From an uncultured Pelagibacteraceae bacterium (GTDB taxonomy: Bacteria; Pseudomonadota; Alphaproteobacteria; Pelagibacterales; Pelagibacteraceae), in NCBI GenBank assembly GCA_902570425.1, contig CACFYB010000003.1:82134-146133 (forward strand): 64,000 nt of DNA, in the 5' to 3' direction. Below, piece by piece: positions 12,746-22,810 of the stretch. The notes beneath the pieces were generated by a model. The model was not told where the DNA came from. It searched no databases and was given only the letters and a program-made list of their open reading frames with translations. The position numbers and the translations under genes were made by a program. Each line of letters starts with the position of its first letter. Position 1 is the first letter of the stretch.

Positions 12746-13478
12746 ATATCAGATATTAATTGAATATGTAGGTACTAATTTTAGAGGATGGCAAATTCAG
12801 AAAAAGGGAAAAACTGTTCAAGGACTATTACAAAGCAAAATTTCAAAACTATTAAAAGAAAATATCGCAATATATGGAGCTGGAAGGTTGGACGTAGGGG
12901 TTCATGCCAAAGAGCAGTCAGCACATTTTGATTGTAAAAATAAAATTAACAACATTGATAGGTTTTTAAAATCAATCAATCACTTTTTGAATAAAGATGG
13001 AGTAGCAATACTTAAGATTAAAAAAAGAAGTAAAAATTTTCATGCAAGATTTTCAGCTAAAATGAGAGTTTATAATTACGTGATTATAAATCGGATCAGT
13101 GGACCAGTTTTAGATGAAAATAGAGGCTGGCACATTATGAAAGATCTTGATTTAAAATTAATGAGAAAAAGCGCAAAAAAATTAATAGGAACCTTGGATT
13201 TTAGTACTTTTAGAAAATCTAGTTGCAGGGCTAAAAGCTCAATAAAAACCATGAAATTAGTAAAAATCAAATCTAGAAAAGATAAGATAGAAATAGAATT
13301 TAGATCCCAATCTTTTTTACAACAACAAGTACGGTCTATGGTTGGTTGTTTAAAATATGTTGGAGAAAAAAAATGGACATTAAAAAAATTTGCAAATGTA
13401 ATGGAGTCTAAAAAAAGAGAGTTATGTGCACCACCTGCACCATCACAAGGTCTGTATTTAACTAGAGTTATTTATTAA
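12738..13478 (+). CDS. truA: tRNA pseudouridine(38-40) synthase
   Basis: GWQIQ, GAGRLDVGVHA, FHARFSA, FLQQQVRSMVG, APSQGLYL. Confidence 0.95.
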   Translation: MFRYQILIEYVGTNFRGWQIQKKGKTVQGLLQSKISKLLKENIAIYGAGRLDVGVHAKEQSAHFDCKNKINNIDRFLKSINHFLNKDGVAILKIKKRSKNFHARFSAKMRVYNYVIINRISGPVLDENRGWHIMKDLDLKLMRKSAKKLIGTLDFSTFRKSSCRAKSSIKTMKLVKIKSRKDKIEIEFRSQSFLQQQVRSMVGCLKYVGEKKWTLKKFANVMESKKRELCAPPAPSQGLYLTRVIY

Positions 13479-13952
13479 TTTTTTTTTATTACTCATCGCA
13501 AATTTACGATGAATTCTCCAACGACTTTCCTCACGAATTATAAAACCACAACAATTTTTTGATCTACATTTACACGGAAATTGTTTGTAGTCATCTTTGT
13601 CAAAACTAAAGCCATAATCACAAGTTATCTCTTCACCTTTCTTAATGTCTCTATCAGCTGTTATCCAAATTTTTAAACCCTTACCATCATAACGTGCGTT
13701 CGCATTACAACTATGATTTACTAATCCAGCAATATTAAATGAGAAATCACCATCCAAAGTATATTTTTTATTGAGAGTAAATAAATAAATAGGTTTTTTA
13801 TTGTCATATTTGTCTGACTCTTCAACCTCTTTATTTGTAATTATTTTTCCTAAGTAATTAATAATTTTTGTACCTTCAGTGATATCTTTAGTAGCATAAA
13901 GTCCGCGACCTTTATTATCAATTTTTGATTTTTTTATTTTGTATGGTTTCAT
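13458..13952 (-). CDS. SET-domain protein-lysine methyltransferase with post-SET Cys cluster
   Basis: GRGLYA, VNHSC, DIKKGEEITCDYG, CKCRSKNCCG. Confidence 0.92.
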   Translation of the reverse strand: MKPYKIKKSKIDNKGRGLYATKDITEGTKIINYLGKIITNKEVEESDKYDNKKPIYLFTLNKKYTLDGDFSFNIAGLVNHSCNANARYDGKGLKIWITADRDIKKGEEITCDYGFSFDKDDYKQFPCKCRSKNCCGFIIREESRWRIHRKFAMSNKKKLINNSS

Positions 13953-13981
13953 GAAGGTGATTATGATGTGCTAGATATTTA

Positions 13982-14905
13982 TTAATTGAATTCTACCAAT
14001 GCATTAACATGTTCATTGGTGCTTTCTGCTAAGGCATTTAAATCATATCCACCCTCAAGTATAGAAACAACTTTACCCGCAGTAAACTTATTGGTAGCTA
14101 TTAATGTTCTTTTAGTAATCTCATAAAAATCTTTTGAACTTAGTTGGAATTGAGCTAATGGATCATCTTTATGTGCATCAAAACCTGCTGAAAATATTAG
14201 AAAATCTGGTTTATATTGTACTAATCTTTCTAACACTCTATCAAATGCATTAAAGTATTCTTCTGAGTTTGTACCAGCAGGTAAAGGGATATTTAATGAA
14301 TTGTTAAAGTCTCCTTTATCTTTATCTGTTCCACCTCCAGGATAAAAAGGATATTGATGAGTAGAAATGTATAATGAATTTTTATTACCACGCATAACAT
14401 CATAATTTCCGTTACCCCAGTGCACATCAAAATCTACACAGGCAATTTTTTTATATTTATATTTTTTCACTAAATAGTTCGTTGCTATCCCCGCGTTTGA
14501 TATACAACAAAATCCCATCGCTTTATTTTTTTCAGCATGGTGCCCAGGTGGTCTAGCCAAACAGAATGCGTTTTTATATTCATTGCTCTCTATTCCATCT
14601 ATTGCTCTTATTGTTGAACCAGCAGCATCAAAAACTGCTTTTTTACTCTCAGGTGAAACAATTGTATCGCCATCTAAAAACTTAAGGCCTTTTTGAGGAA
14701 AAGAATTTTTTAGATTAATTATGTAGTCCTTTGAATGCGTCATAGACAATATGTCTTCAGGAACACTATCTGGCTTATCCCAGATTAGATCTTTTCTTTT
14801 TTTTAATCTTTCTTTTATAGCAATTACTCTTTTAGGCTGTTCGGGATGACCATCGCCAGTATTATGTTTCTCATAAGAATCAGAATTTATGATTGCTGTT
14901 TTCAT
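13982..14905 (-). CDS. Zn-dependent histone deacetylase-family amidohydrolase
   Basis: HPEQPKR, RPPGHHA, GFC, DFDVHWGNG, SAGFDAH, LEGGY. Confidence 0.93.
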   Translation of the reverse strand: MKTAIINSDSYEKHNTGDGHPEQPKRVIAIKERLKKRKDLIWDKPDSVPEDILSMTHSKDYIINLKNSFPQKGLKFLDGDTIVSPESKKAVFDAAGSTIRAIDGIESNEYKNAFCLARPPGHHAEKNKAMGFCCISNAGIATNYLVKKYKYKKIACVDFDVHWGNGNYDVMRGNKNSLYISTHQYPFYPGGGTDKDKGDFNNSLNIPLPAGTNSEEYFNAFDRVLERLVQYKPDFLIFSAGFDAHKDDPLAQFQLSSKDFYEITKRTLIATNKFTAGKVVSILEGGYDLNALAESTNEHVNALVEFN

Positions 14906-16059
14906 TTAAAATAATTTATTAAAATGTTTTCATAAATTGTCTTAAGATTTTTTAAATCTTTTAATGATACTACCTCATCCACACGATGCATAGTTCGTCC
15001 AACTAAACCAAATTCTAAACCAGGTGATATGGCTTTTATGAATCGTAGATCTGAGGTTCCGCCTGTAGTTGATAATTTTGGTTTTATCTTAGTGATCTTT
15101 TTTATGGTATTTTGTATCATATATGTAGTTTTATTTGGTTTAGTTAAAAAGGCTTCACCAGAAACTCTATAATTGATTCTAAATTTTGATCTATATTTTC
15201 TATTAATTTTAATAAAGATTTTATTTAGTCTTTTTTTAATAGAAGTTGATGAATGTTTGTTGTTAAACCTAATGTTAAAAGTTGCTTCAGCTGTAGCAGG
15301 AATAACATTGTCAGCAGTATTATTTATATTTATTTTTGTAACTTCTAGGTTTGAAGGTTGAAAATCTTTCGTGCCTTTATCAAATTTAATATCTTTTAAT
15401 TCTTTTAAAATTTTTACAATTATAGTTGAGGGATTATTTGCTCTATGAGGATAGGCAACGTGACCCTGTAAACCGAATATAGTCAATTTACCCGTTAAAC
15501 TGCCTCTACGACCAATTTTGATCATTTCACCTAATTTATTTGGATTTGTTGGTTCACCCACTAAACAAAAACTAATTTTCTCACTCTTTTTTTTTAAATA
15601 TTCCACTACTTTTCTTGTCCCATTTACTGCATCGCCCTCTTCATCTCCAGTAATTAATAAACTAATCGATCCATCAAACTTTTTATTTAGTGATAAAAAA
15701 GTGCTTACAGCAGAAACAAAAGCTGCAACAGAACTTTTCATATCATTTGCACCTCTTCCAATTAAATAACCTTTTCTTATTGATGGTTTAAACGGATTTA
15801 TTGTCCAATCTTTTATATTTCCTGGAGGCACAACATCCAGGTGACCCGCATAACAAAAATTAGGCTCTTTTGATCCTAATCTTGCATATAAATTCTTAAC
15901 TGGTTTAAAACCTCTTTCTTTAAACTCTAGTATTTTTGTTTTGAAACCAAGTTTTTTTAATTTTTTTTCTAAAAATTTCATCACTCCAGCGTCTACTGGA
16001 GTTATAGTTGGAAACCTGATTAGCTCTTTAGCTAATTGTAATTCATTAATTTTTTGCAT
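14902..16059 (-). CDS. dapE: Succinyl-diaminopimelate desuccinylase
   Basis: GHLDVVPPG, GRGANDMK, GDEE, GEPT, GHVAYP, GGTSD. Confidence 0.96.
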   Translation of the reverse strand: MQKINELQLAKELIRFPTITPVDAGVMKFLEKKLKKLGFKTKILEFKERGFKPVKNLYARLGSKEPNFCYAGHLDVVPPGNIKDWTINPFKPSIRKGYLIGRGANDMKSSVAAFVSAVSTFLSLNKKFDGSISLLITGDEEGDAVNGTRKVVEYLKKKSEKISFCLVGEPTNPNKLGEMIKIGRRGSLTGKLTIFGLQGHVAYPHRANNPSTIIVKILKELKDIKFDKGTKDFQPSNLEVTKININNTADNVIPATAEATFNIRFNNKHSSTSIKKRLNKIFIKINRKYRSKFRINYRVSGEAFLTKPNKTTYMIQNTIKKITKIKPKLSTTGGTSDLRFIKAISPGLEFGLVGRTMHRVDEVVSLKDLKNLKTIYENILINYFK

Positions 16060-16061
16060 GT

Positions 16062-16889
16062 TTAATCTCTTAAAAGATCATTAATTGATGTCTTTGATCT
16101 GGTCTTTTCATCTACTTGCTTGATTATTACTGCACAACTTAGTGATAGAGCAGATGGATTATTTTTATCAGGCAACGAACCTGGAACCACAACTGAATAA
16201 GGTGGTATTTTGCCATACATTATTTTTCCAGTTTTTCTGTCAACTATTTTAGTTGATTGACCGATATACATTCCCATACTTAAAACAGAACCTTCACCAA
16301 CGATTACACCTTCAACTACTTCTGACATTGCTCCTAAGAATACATTATCTTCTATTATAGTTGGTAATGCCTGTGCCGGTTCTAAAACTCCACCTACACC
16401 TGAGCCAGCAGAAATATGACAGTTTTTTCCTATTTGACAACAGCTACCGGCTCTTGCAAATGTATCTATCATCGTCCCTTCATCTATATAGGCTCCAATA
16501 TTAACATAGCATGGCATTAGGACAGCATTCTTTCCTACAAAGGATCCTTTCCTAACTGGTGAATTTGGAACCATTCGAAAACCTGCTTTTTCATGATCTT
16601 CTTTTGACCATCCCGCAGTTTTGCCTTTTAGCAAATGAGCTTTATCATACCAACTACTATAAGGACCATTTAAATTTTCCATTGGATAAATCCTAAAACT
16701 TAACATAATAGCTTTTTTAAGGTATTGATGGGTGACCCATCCTCCTTTTATTTTTTCTGCAACCCTAGATTTACCATTATCTAAATCAGCGATCACTTGA
16801 TTAATGGCATCTTTCAGATTTTGATCAGAATTTTGGTTTACTTGATCTTTAATTTCCCAAGCATCGTTGATAATTTTTTCTAAAGACAT
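16062..16889 (-). CDS. dapD: Tetrahydrodipicolinate N-succinyltransferase
   Basis: RVAEK, KKAIMLSF, VNIGAYID, GGVLEP, PPYSVVVPG. Confidence 0.96.
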   Translation of the reverse strand: MSLEKIINDAWEIKDQVNQNSDQNLKDAINQVIADLDNGKSRVAEKIKGGWVTHQYLKKAIMLSFRIYPMENLNGPYSSWYDKAHLLKGKTAGWSKEDHEKAGFRMVPNSPVRKGSFVGKNAVLMPCYVNIGAYIDEGTMIDTFARAGSCCQIGKNCHISAGSGVGGVLEPAQALPTIIEDNVFLGAMSEVVEGVIVGEGSVLSMGMYIGQSTKIVDRKTGKIMYGKIPPYSVVVPGSLPDKNNPSALSLSCAVIIKQVDEKTRSKTSINDLLRD

Positions 16890-16891
16890 AA

Positions 16892-17581
16892 TTAATTACT
16901 TTTTAATAGCCTTATTTCTTTTAGAAATAAAGATAGATTTTCAATTTTATGAGAAATATAATCTTTATCTGAGTCTATCTTTCCAAAATGTTCATCATTT
17001 TTTAGCCAAACAGTTGTACACCCACGTTTGTGACCTATGCTTAAATTTTTAGCTATATCTTCAATATAAATAGTTTCTTTTGGATTTATACCAAATTTTT
17101 TAACCATTAAGTCAAAAGTCTCTGCCTCAGGTTTGGGCACATAACCAGCATCTTTAATGTCAAAAACTTTATCTCTGCCAAATAAATCGTAAACTCCAAG
17201 ATGAGTTAAAATATTTGCCGCATGTTCGGCGCTACCATTGGTGAAGATAAATTTTTCCATGTCTAATTGTTTTAGCTCACTTCTCATAATTTTATCTTCT
17301 TTCATAAATGACAAGTCTATTTTATGAACATAAGACAAAAATTCATCAGGAGATATTCCATTGTGTACCATTAAACCTCTAAGTGATGTGTTGTACTTAT
17401 AAAAATAGTTTGTTTGTAATTCCTTAGCTTTATTTTTATCGATTCTAAGTTTTTCAGATATAAATTGCGTCATTCTTTTTGAAACTTGGCCAAACACACG
17501 CTCTAAAGAATAATTATTATGTTTTCCATAGCATACACCATCAAGATCAAGTAGAAGATATTTCTTTTCCCTTAAATTCAT
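16892..17581 (-). CDS. HAD-family pyrimidine 5'-nucleotidase-like
   Basis: DLDG, FTNG, KP, IEDIAKNL; usual position between argB and dapD. Confidence 0.88.
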   Translation of the reverse strand: MNLREKKYLLLDLDGVCYGKHNNYSLERVFGQVSKRMTQFISEKLRIDKNKAKELQTNYFYKYNTSLRGLMVHNGISPDEFLSYVHKIDLSFMKEDKIMRSELKQLDMEKFIFTNGSAEHAANILTHLGVYDLFGRDKVFDIKDAGYVPKPEAETFDLMVKKFGINPKETIYIEDIAKNLSIGHKRGCTTVWLKNDEHFGKIDSDKDYISHKIENLSLFLKEIRLLKSN

Positions 17582-18426
17582 TTTCTAATTAATGTACCCG
17601 ATCCTTTATCAGAGAAAATTTCCCATAAACATGAATGTTGTTTTGTACCATTAATTATACCGACAGCGGCAACACCATTATTTACTGCGTTTAAGCAAGC
17701 ATTTATTTTTGGTATCATTCCTTCAGTAATAGTTCCATTTTTTAACATTTTTAAAATCTCTGATGAAGAAATTTCATCTATGAGTTTTTTTTCTTTATTT
17801 AATACTCCATCAACATTGGTCATTAATAATAACCTTCTTGATTTTACAGATTTAGCAACAGACATTGCTGCAGTATCACCATTTATATTATGCGTTTGAT
17901 TATTTTCATCTAAGCCTAATGGAGAAACGATAGGTATCATATTTTGTTTGATAATATTGAATAAAATTTCATTATTAATCTTACTTGGCAATCCAACAAA
18001 ACCAAGCTCTTTTGCCTCTGCTATCACATCAATTATATTATTATTTTTTGTGTGTATCGAGATTGCTTTTATATTTTTTTTTTCTAAAGAGTTAACAATA
18101 TCATTATTGAAATCTATTAGAACTGACTCAACAATATCTATTATCTTTTCGTCAGTTACTCTCAATCCCCTAATGAATTTTGATTGAATATTTGATTTAT
18201 CTAATTCTCTTTTAATTCGGGGTCCACCTCCATGAACGACAATAATTGAAAGACCTAATTTATTTAAAATACTCAGATCCTCTATAAAATTATCAAAGAT
18301 TTTTCTGTCAATAAAAACATTTCCACCATATTTTATTACTATCAAGTCATTTTTATATTTATCTATATACTTTTTGACTTCATTTATTGGTGGTCCATTT
18401 TCAGGAAGTATTTTTTTTAAATCCAT
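17578..18426 (-). CDS. argB: Acetylglutamate kinase
   Basis: VIKYGG, VHGGGP, GLRVTD, NINGD, GMIPK. Confidence 0.96.
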   Translation of the reverse strand: MDLKKILPENGPPINEVKKYIDKYKNDLIVIKYGGNVFIDRKIFDNFIEDLSILNKLGLSIIVVHGGGPRIKRELDKSNIQSKFIRGLRVTDEKIIDIVESVLIDFNNDIVNSLEKKNIKAISIHTKNNNIIDVIAEAKELGFVGLPSKINNEILFNIIKQNMIPIVSPLGLDENNQTHNINGDTAAMSVAKSVKSRRLLLMTNVDGVLNKEKKLIDEISSSEILKMLKNGTITEGMIPKINACLNAVNNGVAAVGIINGTKQHSCLWEIFSDKGSGTLIRK

Positions 18427-18450
18427 TTATTAATTATTAAATTATAAATC

Positions 18451-20130
18451 TTAGGTTGCTGTTTTGATTGTTGTTCTTTTCATTATGAAAACTTGTTGTG
18501 CCATAGTTAAAATGTTGTTAACTGTCCAATAAATCACTAATCCACTTGGAAATGGTGCAAGAATAACTGTCAGGAATAGAGGAAAGAATGCAAAAATTTT
18601 AGCTTGCATTGCATCAGTAGGTGCAGGGTTTAGTTTTTGCTGAATCCACATTGATACTCCCATTGCAACCGGCCAGGCTCCAATAACCAGAAAAGAGGGG
18701 ACATCATAAGGCAACAAACCAAATAGATTAAATAAACTAGTAGGATCTTTTTCACTTAAGTCACGTATCCAACCATAGAAGGGCATCTGTCGCATTTCAA
18801 TGGTCACAAATAATACCTTATAAAGAGCAAAAAATACCGGAATTTGAACAAGTATTGGCAAACATCCTGACATAGGATTTACTTTTTCTTTTTTATAAAG
18901 AGCCATCATCGCTTGTTGTAGTTTCATTTTATCATCTTTGTGTAGCTCTTTTAATCTTACCATTTCTGGTTGGAGAGCTTTCATTTTTGCCATACTTCTA
19001 AATGAAAAATTAGCTAAAGGAAAAAAAGCTAATCTAATACAAACTGTAATAGCTATAATTGCCAAACCATAATTTCCAAGAAGTTTAAAAAAATAATCAA
19101 TTCCATAAAAAAGGGGTTTGGTAATAAAGTATAAAAAGCCCCAATCAATTACTAAATCAAATTTATCTATATTCAGTGTTTCAGCATAGCCATCAATTAC
19201 GTCTACCCTTTTGGCTGCAACAATAATTTGTAGTTCTTCCTCAATAGAGCTATTTTCATTAAGTGTCAAAGGTTCTGTAGCAATAAAATTTGCTCTAAAT
19301 TTTTTTTTATAATCGAATGTTGTTTTAAATTCCTTATTTTTTGGCGGTATTAAAGAAGTTATCCAATATTTGTCACTTATTCCCAACCATCCCTTATTAG
19401 CTATTTTAGTAAACTTTTTTTCTTGAATATCATCATAGTCTTCTTCTATCAATTCATCATCTAAAGTTGCAATTAAACCCTCATGAAGAATTAGAAAGTC
19501 AATTATTTCCGGAATTTCATTTCTTATAATTTGACCGTAAGAATAAAAGTCGTATTTTTTACTGCTATTATTGGTTATTTTTTGTTTTATAGTAAAGAGA
19601 TATTTATCATCTAAAGATATTTTCTTCTCAAACTTTAAACCCTGTTTATTCATCCAAGATAATATTACTGGAGAATTCTTGGTTAGCTTATTGTTCCCAA
19701 CTATTGACCAAATTGTATCTGAGTTAGGAACATCAATATTCCTATCAGATGTAACAAAACCACTATCTATTAAGTATCCTTCTTTTATGTTTTTTGGACC
19801 TAGTAAAGTTACTTTCTTTTCATCATCAAGATTTACTTTATAGTTTTTAAAAGTTAAATCATCTATAGATGCACCTTTAAGAGATATTGATCCTATTATG
19901 TTGTCATTCTCAAATTCAACTCTTTTACTTTCTTTTAACGCATCGTTACGAGATATTGTTATTTCAGTTTCTTTTTGCTCTAAGCTTGGTGCATCAGTAT
20001 TTTTTTCAACTTTTTCTTTTTCAACTAAATTTTGATTTGTTTTTTTTTGTTCTGGTACAAAAAATAAAGAATACAAAACAATAACGGCAGATGATAATGC
20101 GATAGCTGCGATTACATTTTTTGAGTCCAT
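18451..20130 (-). CDS. yidC: Membrane protein insertase YidC
   Basis: IDWG, GNYGLAII, NPMSGCLP, GLVIYW. Confidence 0.96.
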   Translation of the reverse strand: MDSKNVIAAIALSSAVIVLYSLFFVPEQKKTNQNLVEKEKVEKNTDAPSLEQKETEITISRNDALKESKRVEFENDNIIGSISLKGASIDDLTFKNYKVNLDDEKKVTLLGPKNIKEGYLIDSGFVTSDRNIDVPNSDTIWSIVGNNKLTKNSPVILSWMNKQGLKFEKKISLDDKYLFTIKQKITNNSSKKYDFYSYGQIIRNEIPEIIDFLILHEGLIATLDDELIEEDYDDIQEKKFTKIANKGWLGISDKYWITSLIPPKNKEFKTTFDYKKKFRANFIATEPLTLNENSSIEEELQIIVAAKRVDVIDGYAETLNIDKFDLVIDWGFLYFITKPLFYGIDYFFKLLGNYGLAIIAITVCIRLAFFPLANFSFRSMAKMKALQPEMVRLKELHKDDKMKLQQAMMALYKKEKVNPMSGCLPILVQIPVFFALYKVLFVTIEMRQMPFYGWIRDLSEKDPTSLFNLFGLLPYDVPSFLVIGAWPVAMGVSMWIQQKLNPAPTDAMQAKIFAFFPLFLTVILAPFPSGLVIYWTVNNILTMAQQVFIMKRTTIKTAT

Positions 20131-20369
20131 TATTTTTTAATTTTAATTTCTTTTTTTACAGGATCAAATCCACCACTTCCCCAAGGATGACAAGATAAAA
20201 CTCTTTTAAAACTTAAAAACATACCTTTAATGAGACCATAGGTTTTTAAAGCATCAATACAATATTCTGAACATGTAGGTAGATATCTACAAGATGGACC
20301 AAGTAATGGACTAATTAGAAATTTATAAGCCTTTATAAGTTTAATGAGTGTATATGTAAAAATATTCAT
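20130..20369 (-). CDS. yidD: Membrane protein insertion efficiency factor YidD
   Basis: [17 protein letters not shown]...CHPWG-GGFDPV. Confidence 0.95.
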   Translation of the reverse strand: MNIFTYTLIKLIKAYKFLISPLLGPSCRYLPTCSEYCIDALKTYGLIKGMFLSFKRVLSCHPWGSGGFDPVKKEIKIKK

Positions 20370-20710
20370 TATTTTATTTTTTTTAATTCTTTAAATAAAG
20401 TCTCTTTTATATTTGTGTAATCATTATTTAACATAGTTGGTTTAGCAATAACAAGATATGAATATTTCAATTTAATGTTTATTTCATTCATAGCATTATA
20501 AAAAATATATTTTAACCTTCTTCTAATTTTATTTCTTTTGACTGCATTTCCTATCTTTTTTTTGGTAACAAATGAAACATTAAGCTTATTAATATTCTTA
20601 TTTTTTAATATCCCAAAAAAAATTGTTACATATTTGTTGGATATTTTTTTTTCCTTCAATAAAGTTTTAAATTCTTCATTTCTAGAAAGAGCAATAATTT
20701 TGCTTCTCAT
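20369..20710 (-). CDS. rnpA: RNase P protein component
   Basis: [17 protein letters not shown] (RNR motif); lies between rpmH and yidD. Confidence 0.93.
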   Translation of the reverse strand: MRSKIIALSRNEEFKTLLKEKKISNKYVTIFFGILKNKNINKLNVSFVTKKKIGNAVKRNKIRRRLKYIFYNAMNEINIKLKYSYLVIAKPTMLNNDYTNIKETLFKELKKIK

Positions 20711-20720
20711 TAATTTTGAT

Positions 20721-20882
20721 TTATTTTCTTTTCTTTTTCGTGGTCGATGATACTGTCAAATTCTTTCTTCCTCTTTTTCTTCGTCTTTTAAGAAGTTTTC
20801 TTCCTCCTTTAGTTTTCATTTTTGATCTAAATCCATGTTTTTTTAATCTACGTCTTTTTTTTGGCTGAAAAGTTCTTTTCAT
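20721..20882 (-). CDS. rpmH: 50S ribosomal protein L34, 53 aa (not in ORF track)
   Basis: [53 protein letters not shown]. Confidence 0.95.
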   Translation of the reverse strand: MKRTFQPKKRRRLKKHGFRSKMKTKGGRKLLKRRRKRGRKNLTVSSTTKKKRK

Positions 20883-20981
20883 AATTTTAATTAGTTAATT
20901 GTTTGTTAAAAAATTTGCTCCTTTATAGTAATTAATAATATAAATAGCAAATAGAAGATTTTAGAATTACGATAATAATTT

Positions 20982-21704
20982 ATGGTTAAAATTAAAAATA
21001 TTAAATTATTAGTAGGTTTATTATATTTAGTTTTTATAGGGTTGTTTCTATATTTCTTATTTTCAAAATACAGTTTTGATCAATTGACTTCCTATGACTT
21101 TATTAAAGAAAATATTAATTATTTTTCAAAACTAAAAAAAACTAATATAATTATCCTATCAATATCTTTTTTACTCTTCACAATTTTGTGGGTATTCCCA
21201 TTATTAGGTTTTGGGTCACCAATTGCTTTACTTGGAGGATTTATTTTAGGAAAATGGTTAGGTGTTATTATTGTGGTGTTAGGATTAAGTATTGGTGCAA
21301 CCTTTTTATATATTTTTAGTAATTATTTTCTTAAAGATTTAGTAAGAGAAAGATTTTTAGATAGATTTAAAAATTTAGAAATAAAATTTAAAAAATCTGA
21401 ATTTTATTATTTATTATTTTATAGATTTTGTGGTGGTATACCTTGGCAATTAAGCTGTGTATTGCCAGTAATTTTCAATGTTAAGATAATAAATTTTTTT
21501 TCAGCTACTTTAATAGGCATTATTCCTCAAATTTTCTTGATGGCATCGATTGGAAGTGGATTAGAAAAAGTTATTAATAATAATTTAGAGGCACCAGGAA
21601 TATTAGATTTAATAACGTCAAAAGATATCTATATTCCTTTAATTATTTTTGGTTTTTTGGTGATTACAACAATTTTTTTAAGAAAAATATTTTATAAAAA
21701 ATAG
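20982..21704 (+). CDS. TVP38/TMEM64 (DedA/VTT superfamily) membrane protein
   Basis: Multi-TM, GGFILG, GATFLY, RF...P, FFSATLIGIIP. Confidence 0.8.
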   Translation: MVKIKNIKLLVGLLYLVFIGLFLYFLFSKYSFDQLTSYDFIKENINYFSKLKKTNIIILSISFLLFTILWVFPLLGFGSPIALLGGFILGKWLGVIIVVLGLSIGATFLYIFSNYFLKDLVRERFLDRFKNLEIKFKKSEFYYLLFYRFCGGIPWQLSCVLPVIFNVKIINFFSATLIGIIPQIFLMASIGSGLEKVINNNLEAPGILDLITSKDIYIPLIIFGFLVITTIFLRKIFYKK

Positions 21705-21706
21705 TC

Positions 21707-21781
21707 TGGTGCTCCCACCCTGTACTGACCAGGGAACTAGTCCTTACCAAGGACTTGTTTTGCCATTAAAACTATAGGAGC
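21707..21781 (-). tRNA. tRNA-Thr(GGT) with atypical T-loop
   Basis: Reverse complement folds as GCTCCTA/TGGGAGC, D stem GTTT/AAAC, AGTCC-TTGGTAA-GGACT, CCCTG-GTCAGTA-CAGGG, ACCA. Confidence 0.88.
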
Positions 21782-21859
21782 AATTCAACCTAAAAGCTAC
21801 ATTTGCTTATTATTGCCATATTATTTTATTAGTTTATAAATATTTTAAAAATAATATTC

Positions 21860-22147
21860 ATGAAAATTTATACAAAAATAATTTTAGATAAAGATAATAA
21901 CTTGATATCAGAGGAATTTTTTCATTATCGGGGAAGAATTTCAATGGCTGGAATTCATTATGACTATAAAAGTACAAGATCAGCAAAATTAATGGAAAAG
22001 CAAGCCAAGAGAGAAAAAAAACTTGCTGAGAGAAAAGCAAAGAGATTAGCAAAAGAGGGATCAAAGAAAGACGATACTAAATCAAAACCATTAGATACAT
22101 CGAAGCCTATAACTTTAGATTTTCTTACAAATCCTGATAAAGAATGA
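21860..22147 (+). CDS. Hypothetical basic protein, 95 aa
   Basis: Clean ORF, Lys/Arg-rich helix, stop overlaps next start (ATGA). Confidence 0.7.
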   Translation: MKIYTKIILDKDNNLISEEFFHYRGRISMAGIHYDYKSTRSAKLMEKQAKREKKLAERKAKRLAKEGSKKDDTKSKPLDTSKPITLDFLTNPDKE

Positions 22148-22251
22148 ATAAAAAAATTCAAGCTAGAAAACTTAGAGAAGCCATTGCTTTAAGAAATAAT
22201 TTAAAAAAAAGAAAATTGTTTCAAAAAAAAAAAAATATTAAAACTAAATAA
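22144..22251 (+). CDS. Small basic protein, 35 aa (not in ORF track)
   Basis: [35 protein letters not shown]; coupled at both ends (ATGA, TAATG); ALRxNLKxRK resembles small ORFs seen before dcd/murA in alphaproteobacteria. Confidence 0.65.
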   Translation: MNKKIQARKLREAIALRNNLKKRKLFQKKKNIKTK

Positions 22252-22808
22252 TGTCAGTGTTATCAGATAAGTGGATTAAAAAAATGTCCAAAGAGAAAAA
22301 TATGATATCACCTTTTGAAGCAAAACAAGTGAGAGGGAAAAGTATTTCCTTTGGCCTCTCATCATTTGGTTACGATGCAAGAGTTTCAGATGAATTTAAG
22401 ATATTTACAAATGTTAACTCTGAAATAGTTGATCCTAAAAATTTTAAATCAACAAATTTTGTTTCTAAAAAGTCATCAGAGTGTATAATTCCACCTAACT
22501 CATTTGTACTGAGCAGGACTATTGAAAGATTTAAAATTCCAAAGGATGTTTTGGTAATTTGCTTAGGTAAATCAACTTATGCAAGATGTGGGATTATAGT
22601 AAATGTTACACCTTTAGAACCTGGATGGGAGGGTTATGTTACTTTAGAATTTTCTAATACAACACCTTTGCCAGCAAAAATATATGCTAATGAGGGTGTG
22701 GCACAATTTATTTTTTTAAAAGGAAATGAAAATCCAGAAGTAACTTATGCTGATCGAAATGGAAAATATATGGATCAAGGTCCCGAGCCAACATTACCCA
22801 AAGTTTAA
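22251..22808 (+). CDS. dcd: dCTP deaminase
   Basis: [28 protein letters not shown]. Confidence 0.97.
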   Translation: MSVLSDKWIKKMSKEKNMISPFEAKQVRGKSISFGLSSFGYDARVSDEFKIFTNVNSEIVDPKNFKSTNFVSKKSSECIIPPNSFVLSRTIERFKIPKDVLVICLGKSTYARCGIIVNVTPLEPGWEGYVTLEFSNTTPLPAKIYANEGVAQFIFLKGNENPEVTYADRNGKYMDQGPEPTLPKV

Positions 22809-22810
22809 TT

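Noticed and set aside
20883-20981. Possible oriC next to rpmH-rnpA-yidC
   Set aside because: No dnaA and no DnaA-box cluster; the gap is only about 100 nt
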